A stretch of 64,000 nucleotides of DNA, taken from positions 8,047 through 72,046 of the forward strand of contig DAHXMV010000003.1 in the NCBI GenBank assembly GCA_027371535.1, given 5' to 3'. Position numbers and translations under genes: made by a program. Of the stretch, positions 19,626-28,273 are shown in pieces. Origin of the DNA: Candidatus Amesbacteria bacterium (lineage in GTDB: Bacteria > Patescibacteriota > Microgenomatia > CAZETR01 > Amesbacteraceae). How positions within the stretch are numbered: the stretch's first letter is position 1; each line of letters starts with the position of its first letter. The notes beneath the pieces were generated by a model. That model did no database searches, was not told the origin of the DNA, and saw only the letters and a list, made by a program, of their open reading frames with translations.

Positions 19626-20325
19626 TTTTTATGTAGTCCAGAAAGGCAAATAATTTAGTGTTCATACCCTTAAAATCATGCGTTCTGAGTTGTTCTGCGT
19701 TTTCTATATATGGTAAACCTTTATATTTGTCGAGCTCGTCGGCGCAGTTTATAATCATTCCGTCAATCGATTCTTTCGTAAATTCAAAATGGCATTGAAA
19801 TCCGTAAATCTTAGGAGAATATTTCACCACCTGCCTGGGGCAACCTTTGCTGGTTGCCAGGATTTCCGATTGGGAGGTTAGGCCAGGCATGTCTCCATGC
19901 CAGTGGCCAACCGGAAAAACTTTCGGGAACTGAGAAAAGACCGGGTCCGAATCAGACTTTTCAGTTAACCTTATGTCATAAACACCGATTTCCCGGTTAG
20001 GACTGTGAGCAAATGGGGCTCCAAGAGCTTCGCCGATTAATTGGGCTCCCAAACACACTCCCAATAAAGATTTATTTTTGTTGATAGCTTTTTTTATAAA
20101 TTCGATTTCTTTGCCAGCATCGAAATACGGACATTCTTCAGTTGTAGTCGCCGGGGATTGTGGTCCTCCCATGACAATCAAGAAATCAAACCCGTCTGTA
20201 TTTTCGGGATATTTTTCGCCAAGATACAGCTTGGTATAGTCTACCTGACAATTATTATTTTCTGCCCATTCTACTATTGCTCCCGGTGCTTCGAAACTTT
20301 CATGCATTACCACATGAATTCTCAT
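19615..20325 (-). CDS. class I glutamine amidotransferase (GMP-synthase-like)
   Basis: MGGPQS, GVCLGAQL, WHGD, QCHFE; start moved to MRIH. Confidence 0.9.
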   Translation of the reverse strand: MRIHVVMHESFEAPGAIVEWAENNNCQVDYTKLYLGEKYPENTDGFDFLIVMGGPQSPATTTEECPYFDAGKEIEFIKKAINKNKSLLGVCLGAQLIGEALGAPFAHSPNREIGVYDIRLTEKSDSDPVFSQFPKVFPVGHWHGDMPGLTSQSEILATSKGCPRQVVKYSPKIYGFQCHFEFTKESIDGMIINCADELDKYKGLPYIENAEQLRTHDFKGMNTKLFAFLDYIKNGI

Positions 20326-20401
20326 CCCAAAATTATACATTGCACATGGCTAAATGTCCGTAGTATTGTCTTATGACGAAGTCAGAAACAATTCTTTGTG
20401 T

Positions 20402-20860
20402 TTAGAGTTTAATAAGGTCTTTATCGTCTAAAACAGAATTCAGTTTTAATAATATATCAATTACCTCCGTAATATTGGGAATTTTCGGTTCAAAATCCGG
20501 TAATTCATCCAATTTTACCCATTTATATTCAGAATACTCATCACTCAGGTTTATATTTCCGCCTTTATAAACAGCCAAGTAATGGGGAAGAAGCATGTAG
20601 CTGCCGTCGTTTTTCCTGTATAAAGTCGTGTGGTTGTACGCGGGATAAAGAAATATATTACAATCCTTCCCCACTTCTTCTTCTTTTTCCCGTTTCATTC
20701 CGTCAATAATCGTGCTGTCGGTTATTTCCATTTTCCCGCCGATAAAAGAATAAACACCATCGTAATCTCTTTCTCCCTTCCGTTTACAAAGCAAAACCCG
20801 GGTTTTGTCTTCACTGAGAACGACTATTTTTTGACAATTTTGAAAAGAATATTTATCCAT
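20402..20860 (-). CDS. NUDIX hydrolase
   Basis: GGKME...G.KREKEEEVG Nudix box. Confidence 0.88.
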   Translation of the reverse strand: MDKYSFQNCQKIVVLSEDKTRVLLCKRKGERDYDGVYSFIGGKMEITDSTIIDGMKREKEEEVGKDCNIFLYPAYNHTTLYRKNDGSYMLLPHYLAVYKGGNINLSDEYSEYKWVKLDELPDFEPKIPNITEVIDILLKLNSVLDDKDLIKL

Positions 20861-20864
20861 ATGC

Positions 20865-21491
20865 TTATTTTACCGGATCAGAACCAAAAAGATATTTATC
20901 TGCCCAGATTTGAAAATCTTCAAAAGTGCTGTAGGCATAGGTATGACCACCTTTGAGCTCAAATGCCACCCGGGCACGGGGAGAGTCATCAATCAGTAAC
21001 GCTAAGTTATAATCAATATTTCCCAGAGATTGCATGGCTATATCAAACAACCCTTCGGCTTTGAGTTTTTTGTATGTGAAAGAATTAAAAACTCCGTTAA
21101 ATAACTCATCCAGTTTCAATTTTGGGAGGGTGATAGTGTTAAAAACATCCATATTGTTGGTGATCATGCCAACTTTTATGCCTCGTTTTTTCAGATTCCG
21201 AATAATTGGTATGTGCCGGGTTTCGATTTGCATTCGGGCTACATCTTCAAGAAATGTTTGTGTCAAAACGTCAAAATCCATACCAGTGCCTGCACTGATA
21301 TGCCTGTTGATATCGTCCATAGTCAAGTCACCCCTCATCCATTTTTCAACCCTGCCCTCCCCTTCCGGTCCCCAAACCTTGGTCTGAATAAAATCCCAAA
21401 TATGGGGATGAATGGTCATAAAAGATTTATAAAACACATCTTTGGACCAAACCCCATCAAAATCCCAAAAAATAGTTTTAAATCTTTCCAT
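20865..21491 (-). CDS. HAD-superfamily hydrolase
   Basis: FWDFDGV, ITNN, LLIDDS. Confidence 0.85.
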   Translation of the reverse strand: MERFKTIFWDFDGVWSKDVFYKSFMTIHPHIWDFIQTKVWGPEGEGRVEKWMRGDLTMDDINRHISAGTGMDFDVLTQTFLEDVARMQIETRHIPIIRNLKKRGIKVGMITNNMDVFNTITLPKLKLDELFNGVFNSFTYKKLKAEGLFDIAMQSLGNIDYNLALLIDDSPRARVAFELKGGHTYAYSTFEDFQIWADKYLFGSDPVK

Positions 21492-22311
21492 AAATGAATT
21501 GTGTATATATTGAAACCAAATCTTTTACAAAAGCTAAATCTTTCGGATCAGCTCCAGTAAATTCTACGATACTGGCTCCAACTACATTTTTACTTTCAAA
21601 CAGTTTTTTCAGCAACAGGACCAGCGCCTGTTTATTTAATCCTTTTTCTGCCGGCACACTTACACTCGTAAATTCTTTCGGATCGATGACGTCCAAATCC
21701 AGATGGATATAAATGTTTTGTGAAGTTATTTGTAAAATCTTTTTTACTGCAACATTAACGTCATAATTAAATTCCCGGGTAGTAAATATCGGAATATTAT
21801 TTTCCTGAATAAACTGTTTTTCCGGAGGATCGGCATCTCTTAACCCTAAAAATACCACATCATTTGTAGTTATAAACGTCGATACCTGATTTAAGATCTC
21901 ACTGTCTCCCTGACCTAATAAGACCCGCAACGGCATTCCATGAAATGTTTTACTCGGGGAAGATACCGGAGTATTCAGATCCGCATGGGCATCCAGCCAC
22001 AAAACAGTCAGCTCTTTATTAAAATTTTTATAAAGGTAACTTATAGGAGCTATTTCGACACTACAGTCACCTCCGACTGTAAAAATCTTTTGGGGTTCAT
22101 TTTTTCGGATAATATTATTAACAGAAATCAGATTATTTAACAAAGCCGTGCGGTTCTGTATGTCTGATACCCGGTCAGAAGCATTTAAAGTTAATCCGTC
22201 AGGTGCAACAAAATTATATTTAGCTAATATACTATGTTTTATTAACTCTGCACCCTTATATATATCATTCTTCGGCCCGGAACCCTGCCATTGCGGGATA
22301 TATAAATACAT
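21478..22311 (-). CDS. arginase/ureohydrolase family protein
   Basis: GGDCS, WLDAHADLN, FHGMP, HLDLDVIDP. Confidence 0.92.
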   Translation of the reverse strand: MYLYIPQWQGSGPKNDIYKGAELIKHSILAKYNFVAPDGLTLNASDRVSDIQNRTALLNNLISVNNIIRKNEPQKIFTVGGDCSVEIAPISYLYKNFNKELTVLWLDAHADLNTPVSSPSKTFHGMPLRVLLGQGDSEILNQVSTFITTNDVVFLGLRDADPPEKQFIQENNIPIFTTREFNYDVNVAVKKILQITSQNIYIHLDLDVIDPKEFTSVSVPAEKGLNKQALVLLLKKLFESKNVVGASIVEFTGADPKDLAFVKDLVSIYTQFIYGKI

Positions 22312-22400
22312 TTACAAAAAACGATAACATTATGACTTTTTGATTACAAATTTTCTCACTAGGATAAAACATAATCTGGGGGTTTGGAACTCAGTATTAT

Positions 22401-22889
22401 TTATATTCCCCTATTGCGGGAGATGAATCTATTTAAAAACTGAGCTGATTCAGCAACTTTTTGCTTTTGAACTTTTTCTGAAACCAAACCTTTTCGAAAA
22501 TAAAAGCCGCTTTTCAATTCTCCATCATATTCATAGCTTAATGTAGTTGCCAGTGGTGTCCCCCGTTTAATTCCTTTGGGGATAAGGTTATCCATTAAGA
22601 GATGGTCTGTAGTCAAGTGCTCCAGATAATGAGCTATAGTGAACTGGGAGCTGTCATTTTCTTCAGGTTCACCGCTACAGTTACCTTTTGCCCTAATGGA
22701 GGCCTGAAGCATTTTAAGTTCTTCCGAGGTCAATGATATTTTTTCATATATATTAAAAATGAGAGAGCTTGGAGGACAATGAGAGATAATATCTTCAGGT
22801 AAGGAGCCGAGTTTCCCCACTTCGATTTCAACAAAAACTGTCGTTGATAATGGTTCCTTAGATTCTGGTCCGACGGATAATTCATTCAT
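22401..22889 (-). CDS. hypothetical protein (possible zincin HExxH)
   Basis: Open frame with AHYLEHL; start uncertain. Confidence 0.55.
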   Translation of the reverse strand: MNELSVGPESKEPLSTTVFVEIEVGKLGSLPEDIISHCPPSSLIFNIYEKISLTSEELKMLQASIRAKGNCSGEPEENDSSQFTIAHYLEHLTTDHLLMDNLIPKGIKRGTPLATTLSYEYDGELKSGFYFRKGLVSEKVQKQKVAESAQFLNRFISRNRGI

Positions 22890-22961
22890 ATTTAATACCA
22901 CACCAAATATTTAAAATTTGTTAGATTTGATTAGTATTATATGCTTCATATCCTAAGAAAT

Positions 22962-23639
22962 TTACCAAATAAACGGAACCAAGCGGTATTTAACTTTCTT
23001 TTGGTATTCCTTGTAACCGGACAAATTCTTTGCTAAAAACCTCTCTTCTTCCAGCAGTCTGATAACAATAATGAACATTAAAGGAAGAACGGTAAACAGT
23101 CCCCACCAGAACCCGAGGGCCAGGGGGACTCCGATTAAAAATATAAACGCCCCGGCATACATCGGATGCCGGACCAGATGATACGGACCGGCGGTGACTA
23201 ATTTTTGATTTTTTTCTATTTCTATTGTCGCCGATGTATAAGAGTTAATTTTAAAAACCCTGTAGACAAGATAAAGTCCGAGTATAACCAGTACATCCCC
23301 AATAAATGCGGCGGTATCCGGGGTTTTAGACCAGCGGAAACGGTGATCCAGGGCGGGGAAAATAATGATTAAGATAAATGCCAGGGAAGAGAAGGATTGG
23401 ATCAACTTTTGCCGGGGTTGTTTTTCGGCTATCGGACCTGCCTGTGTTCTGCGCTCCAGAAGTTTGGGGTCGTATTTTAAAAGATACAGGGTTATCAATA
23501 ATGTGGACATCCCGAAAATTGTCAGAAATAACCAAGCCTGCCAGTAATCAAGTGTGCCCGCAGAGAAAAATAAAATGGCAGCCATGATTAACAGAAGAAA
23601 TAACAAACCCCCGAATGCCTTAAGTTTTAAGTGTTTCAT
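22962..23639 (-). CDS. isoprenylcysteine carboxyl methyltransferase (Ste14/ICMT) family protein
   Basis: DPKLLERR, GPYHLVRHPMY, EEERFL..GYKEY..V.YRLVP. Confidence 0.9.
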   Translation of the reverse strand: MKHLKLKAFGGLLFLLLIMAAILFFSAGTLDYWQAWLFLTIFGMSTLLITLYLLKYDPKLLERRTQAGPIAEKQPRQKLIQSFSSLAFILIIIFPALDHRFRWSKTPDTAAFIGDVLVILGLYLVYRVFKINSYTSATIEIEKNQKLVTAGPYHLVRHPMYAGAFIFLIGVPLALGFWWGLFTVLPLMFIIVIRLLEEERFLAKNLSGYKEYQKKVKYRLVPFIW

Positions 23640-23817
23640 TGTGGCTTTCCATTGCCTGCCTGATTAATGACGAGGATATTTTTAATGCCTTAATTCTTGG
23701 TAAAAGCAGTGTATATTGAGAGGTCCCTTGTTTTAACTTTGGCTGCACCTTTTCACATTTGCTTATCGTCGAATCTATAGACCGGAGAGCTTCTTCCAAT
23801 TCTTCTTTGGTAAACAC
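23620..23817 (-). CDS. small conserved hypothetical protein
   Basis: EELEEAL.SI.STISKCEK...KL..GTSQ.TLL..RIKAL. Confidence 0.6.
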   Translation of the reverse strand: MFTKEELEEALRSIDSTISKCEKVQPKLKQGTSQYTLLLPRIKALKISSSLIRQAMESHNETLKT

Positions 23818-23843
23818 ACGGAAAGTATATCAAATATCAGACA

Positions 23844-24326
23844 CTATCCGGGGTTTTGAAGAAAGAGAACCAGACCGAGGAGAAAGAGGAGGGTGCTGGC
23901 AAGAAGGGCTGTCAGAACCGGGCCGATCCAGGGGACAGGCAAAAGAAAAAAGATATCAGGATCCAGCAAAGTTTTGGGCCAGCCAATGAGGATTTTGAGA
24001 AAAACGTAGTAGAAAATATCCCACAGGGAAAAAGCAATTAAAAAAGCCCCGATTTTGGATTTTATATTTTTCCCGGCGAGTAAACCCACAGTTACAAGCA
24101 TCACCATGGTGGCAAATTCCCGGAACATTTCAGTCACAGTAGTACGGGCAGAAAGTAGGACCGGAGCAGAAAACTGAACAAAAGAAATAAAGCCAAGGTT
24201 TAATAAGACTGTGACTCCGGATGGCGGATAAGCGGGGAGAGAGCTCCGGAGATAGACAACCACGGCGGCTTCGACATAGGCAAAAGCCACAGAAAATAAA
24301 CAAAGGGAAACTAAACGGGATTTCAT
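23844..24326 (-). CDS. hypothetical membrane protein
   Basis: EAAVVVYLR, REFAT, WDIFYY, FLLPVPWIGPV. Confidence 0.75.
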   Translation of the reverse strand: MKSRLVSLCLFSVAFAYVEAAVVVYLRSSLPAYPPSGVTVLLNLGFISFVQFSAPVLLSARTTVTEMFREFATMVMLVTVGLLAGKNIKSKIGAFLIAFSLWDIFYYVFLKILIGWPKTLLDPDIFFLLPVPWIGPVLTALLASTLLFLLGLVLFLQNPG

Positions 24327-24334
24327 AACCTGTT

Positions 24335-25849
24335 TTAAACAAAACCGGGGAAAAAGTCCGTAATAATTTGTCTTTGGGGAATTCCCAGATCGGACAGGGT
24401 GCGGGTAAATCCGGTGACCAGGGTATGCGGGCCGGAAAGATAAAAAATCCGCCGGTTATAATCGGGTATAAGTTTATTTATCATTTCAGAACCGATCCGA
24501 CCGGTCTGGCCGGTCCAACCGGCCGGAATTTGGGCTGTATCCGTCAGAGTGTAGATGATTTTTATTCCCAGGGATTGGGCGGCATCAAAGACATCCCGGT
24601 AAACAATTTCATCAGCGGTCCGATTGGAATAAAGCAAAACAATATCACGCCGTTCCCCTTTATCTATTAAAAACTTCAGCATGCTTCTAAAAGGGGTGAT
24701 GCCGATACCACCGGCCACAAAAACTAATTTCTGGGATTTATCCCGGGGTAAAGTGAAATCACCGGAGAGCTGGGCCCCGACAACCGGGGTATGGGGGTCC
24801 ATTTTCAACATCGCTTCCTTGAAAGAACTGCCGGGATGGTTAAATTTGATACCCAAACGCAGATTATCCTCAGTGGGGGAAGAAGCCAAAGTGAAATAAC
24901 GCCGGTTACCACGGTCGTCAATCTGATTATGCGGTAAAGTCCATTCCATGTATTGTCCGGGCCGGTAATTAATAGGCCGGCTTAATTTAAAGACAAAGTC
25001 ATAAGTGTCGGGGGCAATCAGAATTTTATCCGTCAGGTGCAGGATGAGCTTCTGTTTCGGGCTGACGAGATAGGAGAAAATATTGCCCATGACTAAAGCA
25101 ATTTCGGGAGTGGTATAAAAACCTCCCACGTGAAACTGCGGGGCAAACAGGACTCCGACGATGACGGCATAAGCGATCTGCAGGGATTTGACCGGAGGGG
25201 TAGTCAGGGGTTCGGTCAGCATGACAAAAGCAAAGAAAAACAGGGAGGAATGCAGGACCGCATCGGCCAAAGCAGTCGGGAGACTGTGACCGGATAAGAA
25301 AGTAAAGGCAGACATGGTCAAAAGAGCCGATAAAAAGAAGTAAAACAGCATATCCTCCCGGCGGATTTTCCGGGCGACCAACAAGCCACCAACGACCACC
25401 ACCGGCATCAAAGGCAAATTACCCACCCACCAGCTGGCTGACTGATTGAAACCAATGGAAGTCAGGACAACGGCAATAGCTACCGGATTAAAAACATGCT
25501 TGCTGCCAATAGCCAGAATATATTTGGAAGACATGGCCAGAATGGCCACCCAGGCCAGCCAGACCAAATCCGAATATTGCTGAATGGGGGTGACAATAAG
25601 CGCCAATATCAAAGCCGTAATGTAGACCGATTCGGCATTGGTGGGAGCCCTAAAAACCCGGGAAAAAAGAGCATTAACAATTAATGACACAGCTACCAGA
25701 AACAGGGCGGAAAAAGCGATCGACCAGGGGTTATATGGCAGCAGGTTGAAATAACCCAGCACCCCGGCAGCCACCAGCATGACTATCAGGTAATACAGTA
25801 CCAGGCGGTACATGGTGGTGCGATTTAAGAATGAGTCTATGAAATCCAT
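24335..25849 (-). CDS. RnfD/NqrB-like membrane domain fused to FNR-type FAD/NAD(P)H oxidoreductase
   Basis: KHVFNP and TEPLTTP in the membrane part; RYFTLAS, G.F, AGGIGITPF and YLSGP in the C-terminal part. Confidence 0.88.
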   Translation of the reverse strand: MDFIDSFLNRTTMYRLVLYYLIVMLVAAGVLGYFNLLPYNPWSIAFSALFLVAVSLIVNALFSRVFRAPTNAESVYITALILALIVTPIQQYSDLVWLAWVAILAMSSKYILAIGSKHVFNPVAIAVVLTSIGFNQSASWWVGNLPLMPVVVVGGLLVARKIRREDMLFYFFLSALLTMSAFTFLSGHSLPTALADAVLHSSLFFFAFVMLTEPLTTPPVKSLQIAYAVIVGVLFAPQFHVGGFYTTPEIALVMGNIFSYLVSPKQKLILHLTDKILIAPDTYDFVFKLSRPINYRPGQYMEWTLPHNQIDDRGNRRYFTLASSPTEDNLRLGIKFNHPGSSFKEAMLKMDPHTPVVGAQLSGDFTLPRDKSQKLVFVAGGIGITPFRSMLKFLIDKGERRDIVLLYSNRTADEIVYRDVFDAAQSLGIKIIYTLTDTAQIPAGWTGQTGRIGSEMINKLIPDYNRRIFYLSGPHTLVTGFTRTLSDLGIPQRQIITDFFPGFV

Positions 25850-25856
25850 AAATTAT

Positions 25857-26606
25857 TCAGCTTTTGGTAAGGTCATAGTCGGGAAAATTTGAAGTTTCGG
25901 TGCCGATGCCGTCTTTGTCTATCATATACCCGGCAAAACCCGGTAAACTCCCGATAAACCGGATACCGTCTTTGCCCATAGCAAAGGCCGCCGTGGCAAA
26001 GCGGTCAGCCTCATAGATATCCGGTCCGACAACCGTCAGGCTGACAATTTCCGTGATGGGCTGATCGGGTTTTTTGGGGTTATAAATATGCTGGCCGCGC
26101 AGGTAAGTTCCGGAAGTGGCCACTCCTTCTTCGTTAACCTGGAGAGCTTTGACGATCCGGCGGCGGTCAAAAGGATTTTCGATACCTATCCGCCATTTTT
26201 GTCCACGGGAATTTAATCCATGAACCTGGATATCTCCCCCGGCGTCAATATAAAAATTTTTAAAACCGCGGTCTGTTAAAATCCCGGCGGCATTTCTGAT
26301 GGCCCAGCCCTTCACCAAACCGGAAGGATCCAAATGGCCAAACCTGTCTATTTCAAAATAACCAAAGGTAGCTTTATTAGTCCGATCGCAGAGATTTAAA
26401 ACCGTCTGCATATCCGCACTGGCGTCGGAAATTTTCAGCCGACGGTTATTAATTTGGCTGATTTCGCTGGAGTCTTTATAGGGACTGAACTTATTGTCAA
26501 CGTAAGTAAAATAATCATAAACCAGGTTCAAATCGGGCAAGCCGGCCCCGGTATCGACAATTCTGACAGTGACGGGCATACCCATCAGCAAACGGGTGTC
26601 TTCCAT
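25857..26606 (-). CDS. apbE: FAD:protein FMN transferase
   Basis: Start MEDTRLLMGMP; DPSGLVKGW, AGGD, VATSG, HIYNP, ADRFATA. Confidence 0.92.
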   Translation of the reverse strand: MEDTRLLMGMPVTVRIVDTGAGLPDLNLVYDYFTYVDNKFSPYKDSSEISQINNRRLKISDASADMQTVLNLCDRTNKATFGYFEIDRFGHLDPSGLVKGWAIRNAAGILTDRGFKNFYIDAGGDIQVHGLNSRGQKWRIGIENPFDRRRIVKALQVNEEGVATSGTYLRGQHIYNPKKPDQPITEIVSLTVVGPDIYEADRFATAAFAMGKDGIRFIGSLPGFAGYMIDKDGIGTETSNFPDYDLTKS

Positions 26607-26611
26607 AAAGT

Positions 26612-27079
26612 TTATCTGGCCTGATTTAAGGCTGAATCCAAAGACTGAATAAAAGCCAGACTGGAGTCCGTGGCGCCGGAGATGATATCGACCTGGGCAC
26701 TCTGGGCCTGGATAGCTTCCGACCTTAAATAAGGCATAGCCTGCTGGTTTATCATAATCGAGCGGGAGCGGTCGTTGGGATACTGCAGAAACTGGACGTC
26801 GGTTAACCTGCCGCCGGAGACCACCGCCTGTACCTGAATATTGCCGTAAAAAGCATCGGCAACGGAGCCGGTATAAGTCCCGTTTTTCCAACCGGAAGAC
26901 GCCGGAGCGGCAGTCGGAGATGACAGCACCGGGGTACCGGTGGCGGCATCCGTCGTCGGAGTGGGGGGAGGGTTACCAGCCTGGGGGTCGGGAATCTGAG
27001 CCGGAGCGGTTTTTTTACCAAATAATGAAAACAGGATAAAGGAGACAATTACGGAAAGAGAAAGAGAGAGTTTTTTCAT
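26612..27079 (-). CDS. secreted FMN-binding domain protein (flavinylation substrate)
   Basis: Signal/TM, Pro-rich linker, GTYTG, VDIISGATDSS with the SGAT motif. Confidence 0.92.
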   Translation of the reverse strand: MKKLSLSLSVIVSFILFSLFGKKTAPAQIPDPQAGNPPPTPTTDAATGTPVLSSPTAAPASSGWKNGTYTGSVADAFYGNIQVQAVVSGGRLTDVQFLQYPNDRSRSIMINQQAMPYLRSEAIQAQSAQVDIISGATDSSLAFIQSLDSALNQAR

Positions 27080-27192
27080 AGATGAAGGTGAAGATAACAG
27101 GGTAATCTGAGAAGCGGCTTGGAAATAACTTATGAATATTAAATGTGAGATTAGCTACATTCATTATATATGCCCGGAAATAAAATGAGATC

Positions 27193-27567
27193 ATGAATGA
27201 TAATAACCCCAAGGGGAATAAATTAACCCCGGAGGAAGAAAACGTCATTGTTTTTAAAGGGACAGAGCCTCCGGGGACGGGAGAGTATGAGGACTTTTGG
27301 GAGCCCGGGGTATATGTGTGCAAAAGATGCGGATCCCCGCTTTACAAATCGGAGAGTAAATTTGACGCCAGGTGCGGCTGGCCGAGTTTTGACCAGGAAC
27401 TCCCCAAAGCAGTCAGCAAGACCATTGACGCGGACGGGGAGAGAGTAGAGATCAGCTGTGCCAAATGCGGAGCCCATCTGGGGCACGTGTTTACCGGAGA
27501 AGAACTGACACCGACCAATGTGCGCCATTGTGTCAACTCGATTGCCATGAAGTTTGTACCAAAATAG
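27193..27567 (+). CDS. msrB: peptide-methionine (R)-S-oxide reductase
   Basis: GTEPP, CxxC twice, CGWPSF, HLGHVF, RHCVNS. Confidence 0.96.
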   Translation: MNDNNPKGNKLTPEEENVIVFKGTEPPGTGEYEDFWEPGVYVCKRCGSPLYKSESKFDARCGWPSFDQELPKAVSKTIDADGERVEISCAKCGAHLGHVFTGEELTPTNVRHCVNSIAMKFVPK

Positions 27568-27605
27568 AAAATTAAAATCGATTTATGAATTGGGATTTAT
27601 GATTT

Positions 27606-28045
27606 ATGAAAAAGACAGAAACGGCAGTTTTCGGAGGGGGTCAACCGACAAACCGGGCTATGAGACAGTCGGCGTGGGGATAACCGGTCATGCCAAAGTA
27701 GTACGGATTGAATTTCAGCCGGAGATAATCAGTTTTAAAACTTTATTAGAGGTATTTTTTGAACTCCATGACTCAACAACTTTAAACCGACAGGGGGCGG
27801 ATGCAGGAACACAATACCGATCGGTAATACTATTTACCAATGACAAACAAAAAACCGAAGCGGAAAAGTATAAAAATAAAATCCCGAATTCAAATACCGA
27901 AATTATAAATTTGGATAAGTTTTATCCGGCTGAAACTTATCATGAAAACTACTATGAAAAAAATTCCGACTATCCATACTGCCAACTGGTGATCTCCCCG
28001 AAACTGAACAAGCTCCGGCAAAAATTCGAAAACCTACTTTCTTAG
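27606..28045 (+). pseudogene. msrA: msrA with catalytic region deleted and frameshifted
   Basis: MKKTETAVFGGG jumps out of frame to STDKPGYETV; GCFW motif absent; TGHA, NRQG.D.GTQYRS and FYPAE.YH retained. Confidence 0.85.
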
Positions 28046-28273
28046 TTTGTGGCGGCTTTCCAGATCGGTGAAGTAAAAACAGACCAAAAATATTAGGATT
28101 TCTCTTCCGAAGACTACGATGTTCGGATGTGTAAGCCGGTGTTTGTAAATATTCCAGACGAAAAAATTGATCACACTTAAGAGGATGAACACCATACCGG
28201 ATTTGGGAATGAAAAACCAAAAATCAAACATACTTGTAAACGAGGTAACCTGAATGTTACATTGATATGTAGC

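Noticed and set aside
26607-26891. 95-aa N-terminal extension of ApbE in the ORF track
   Set aside because: Overlaps the FMN-bind gene in another frame; ApbE similarity starts at ATG 26606
27120-27165. Possible response-regulator binding repeat between the flavinylation operon and msrB
   Set aside because: Too degenerate in an AT-rich spacer to support by eye
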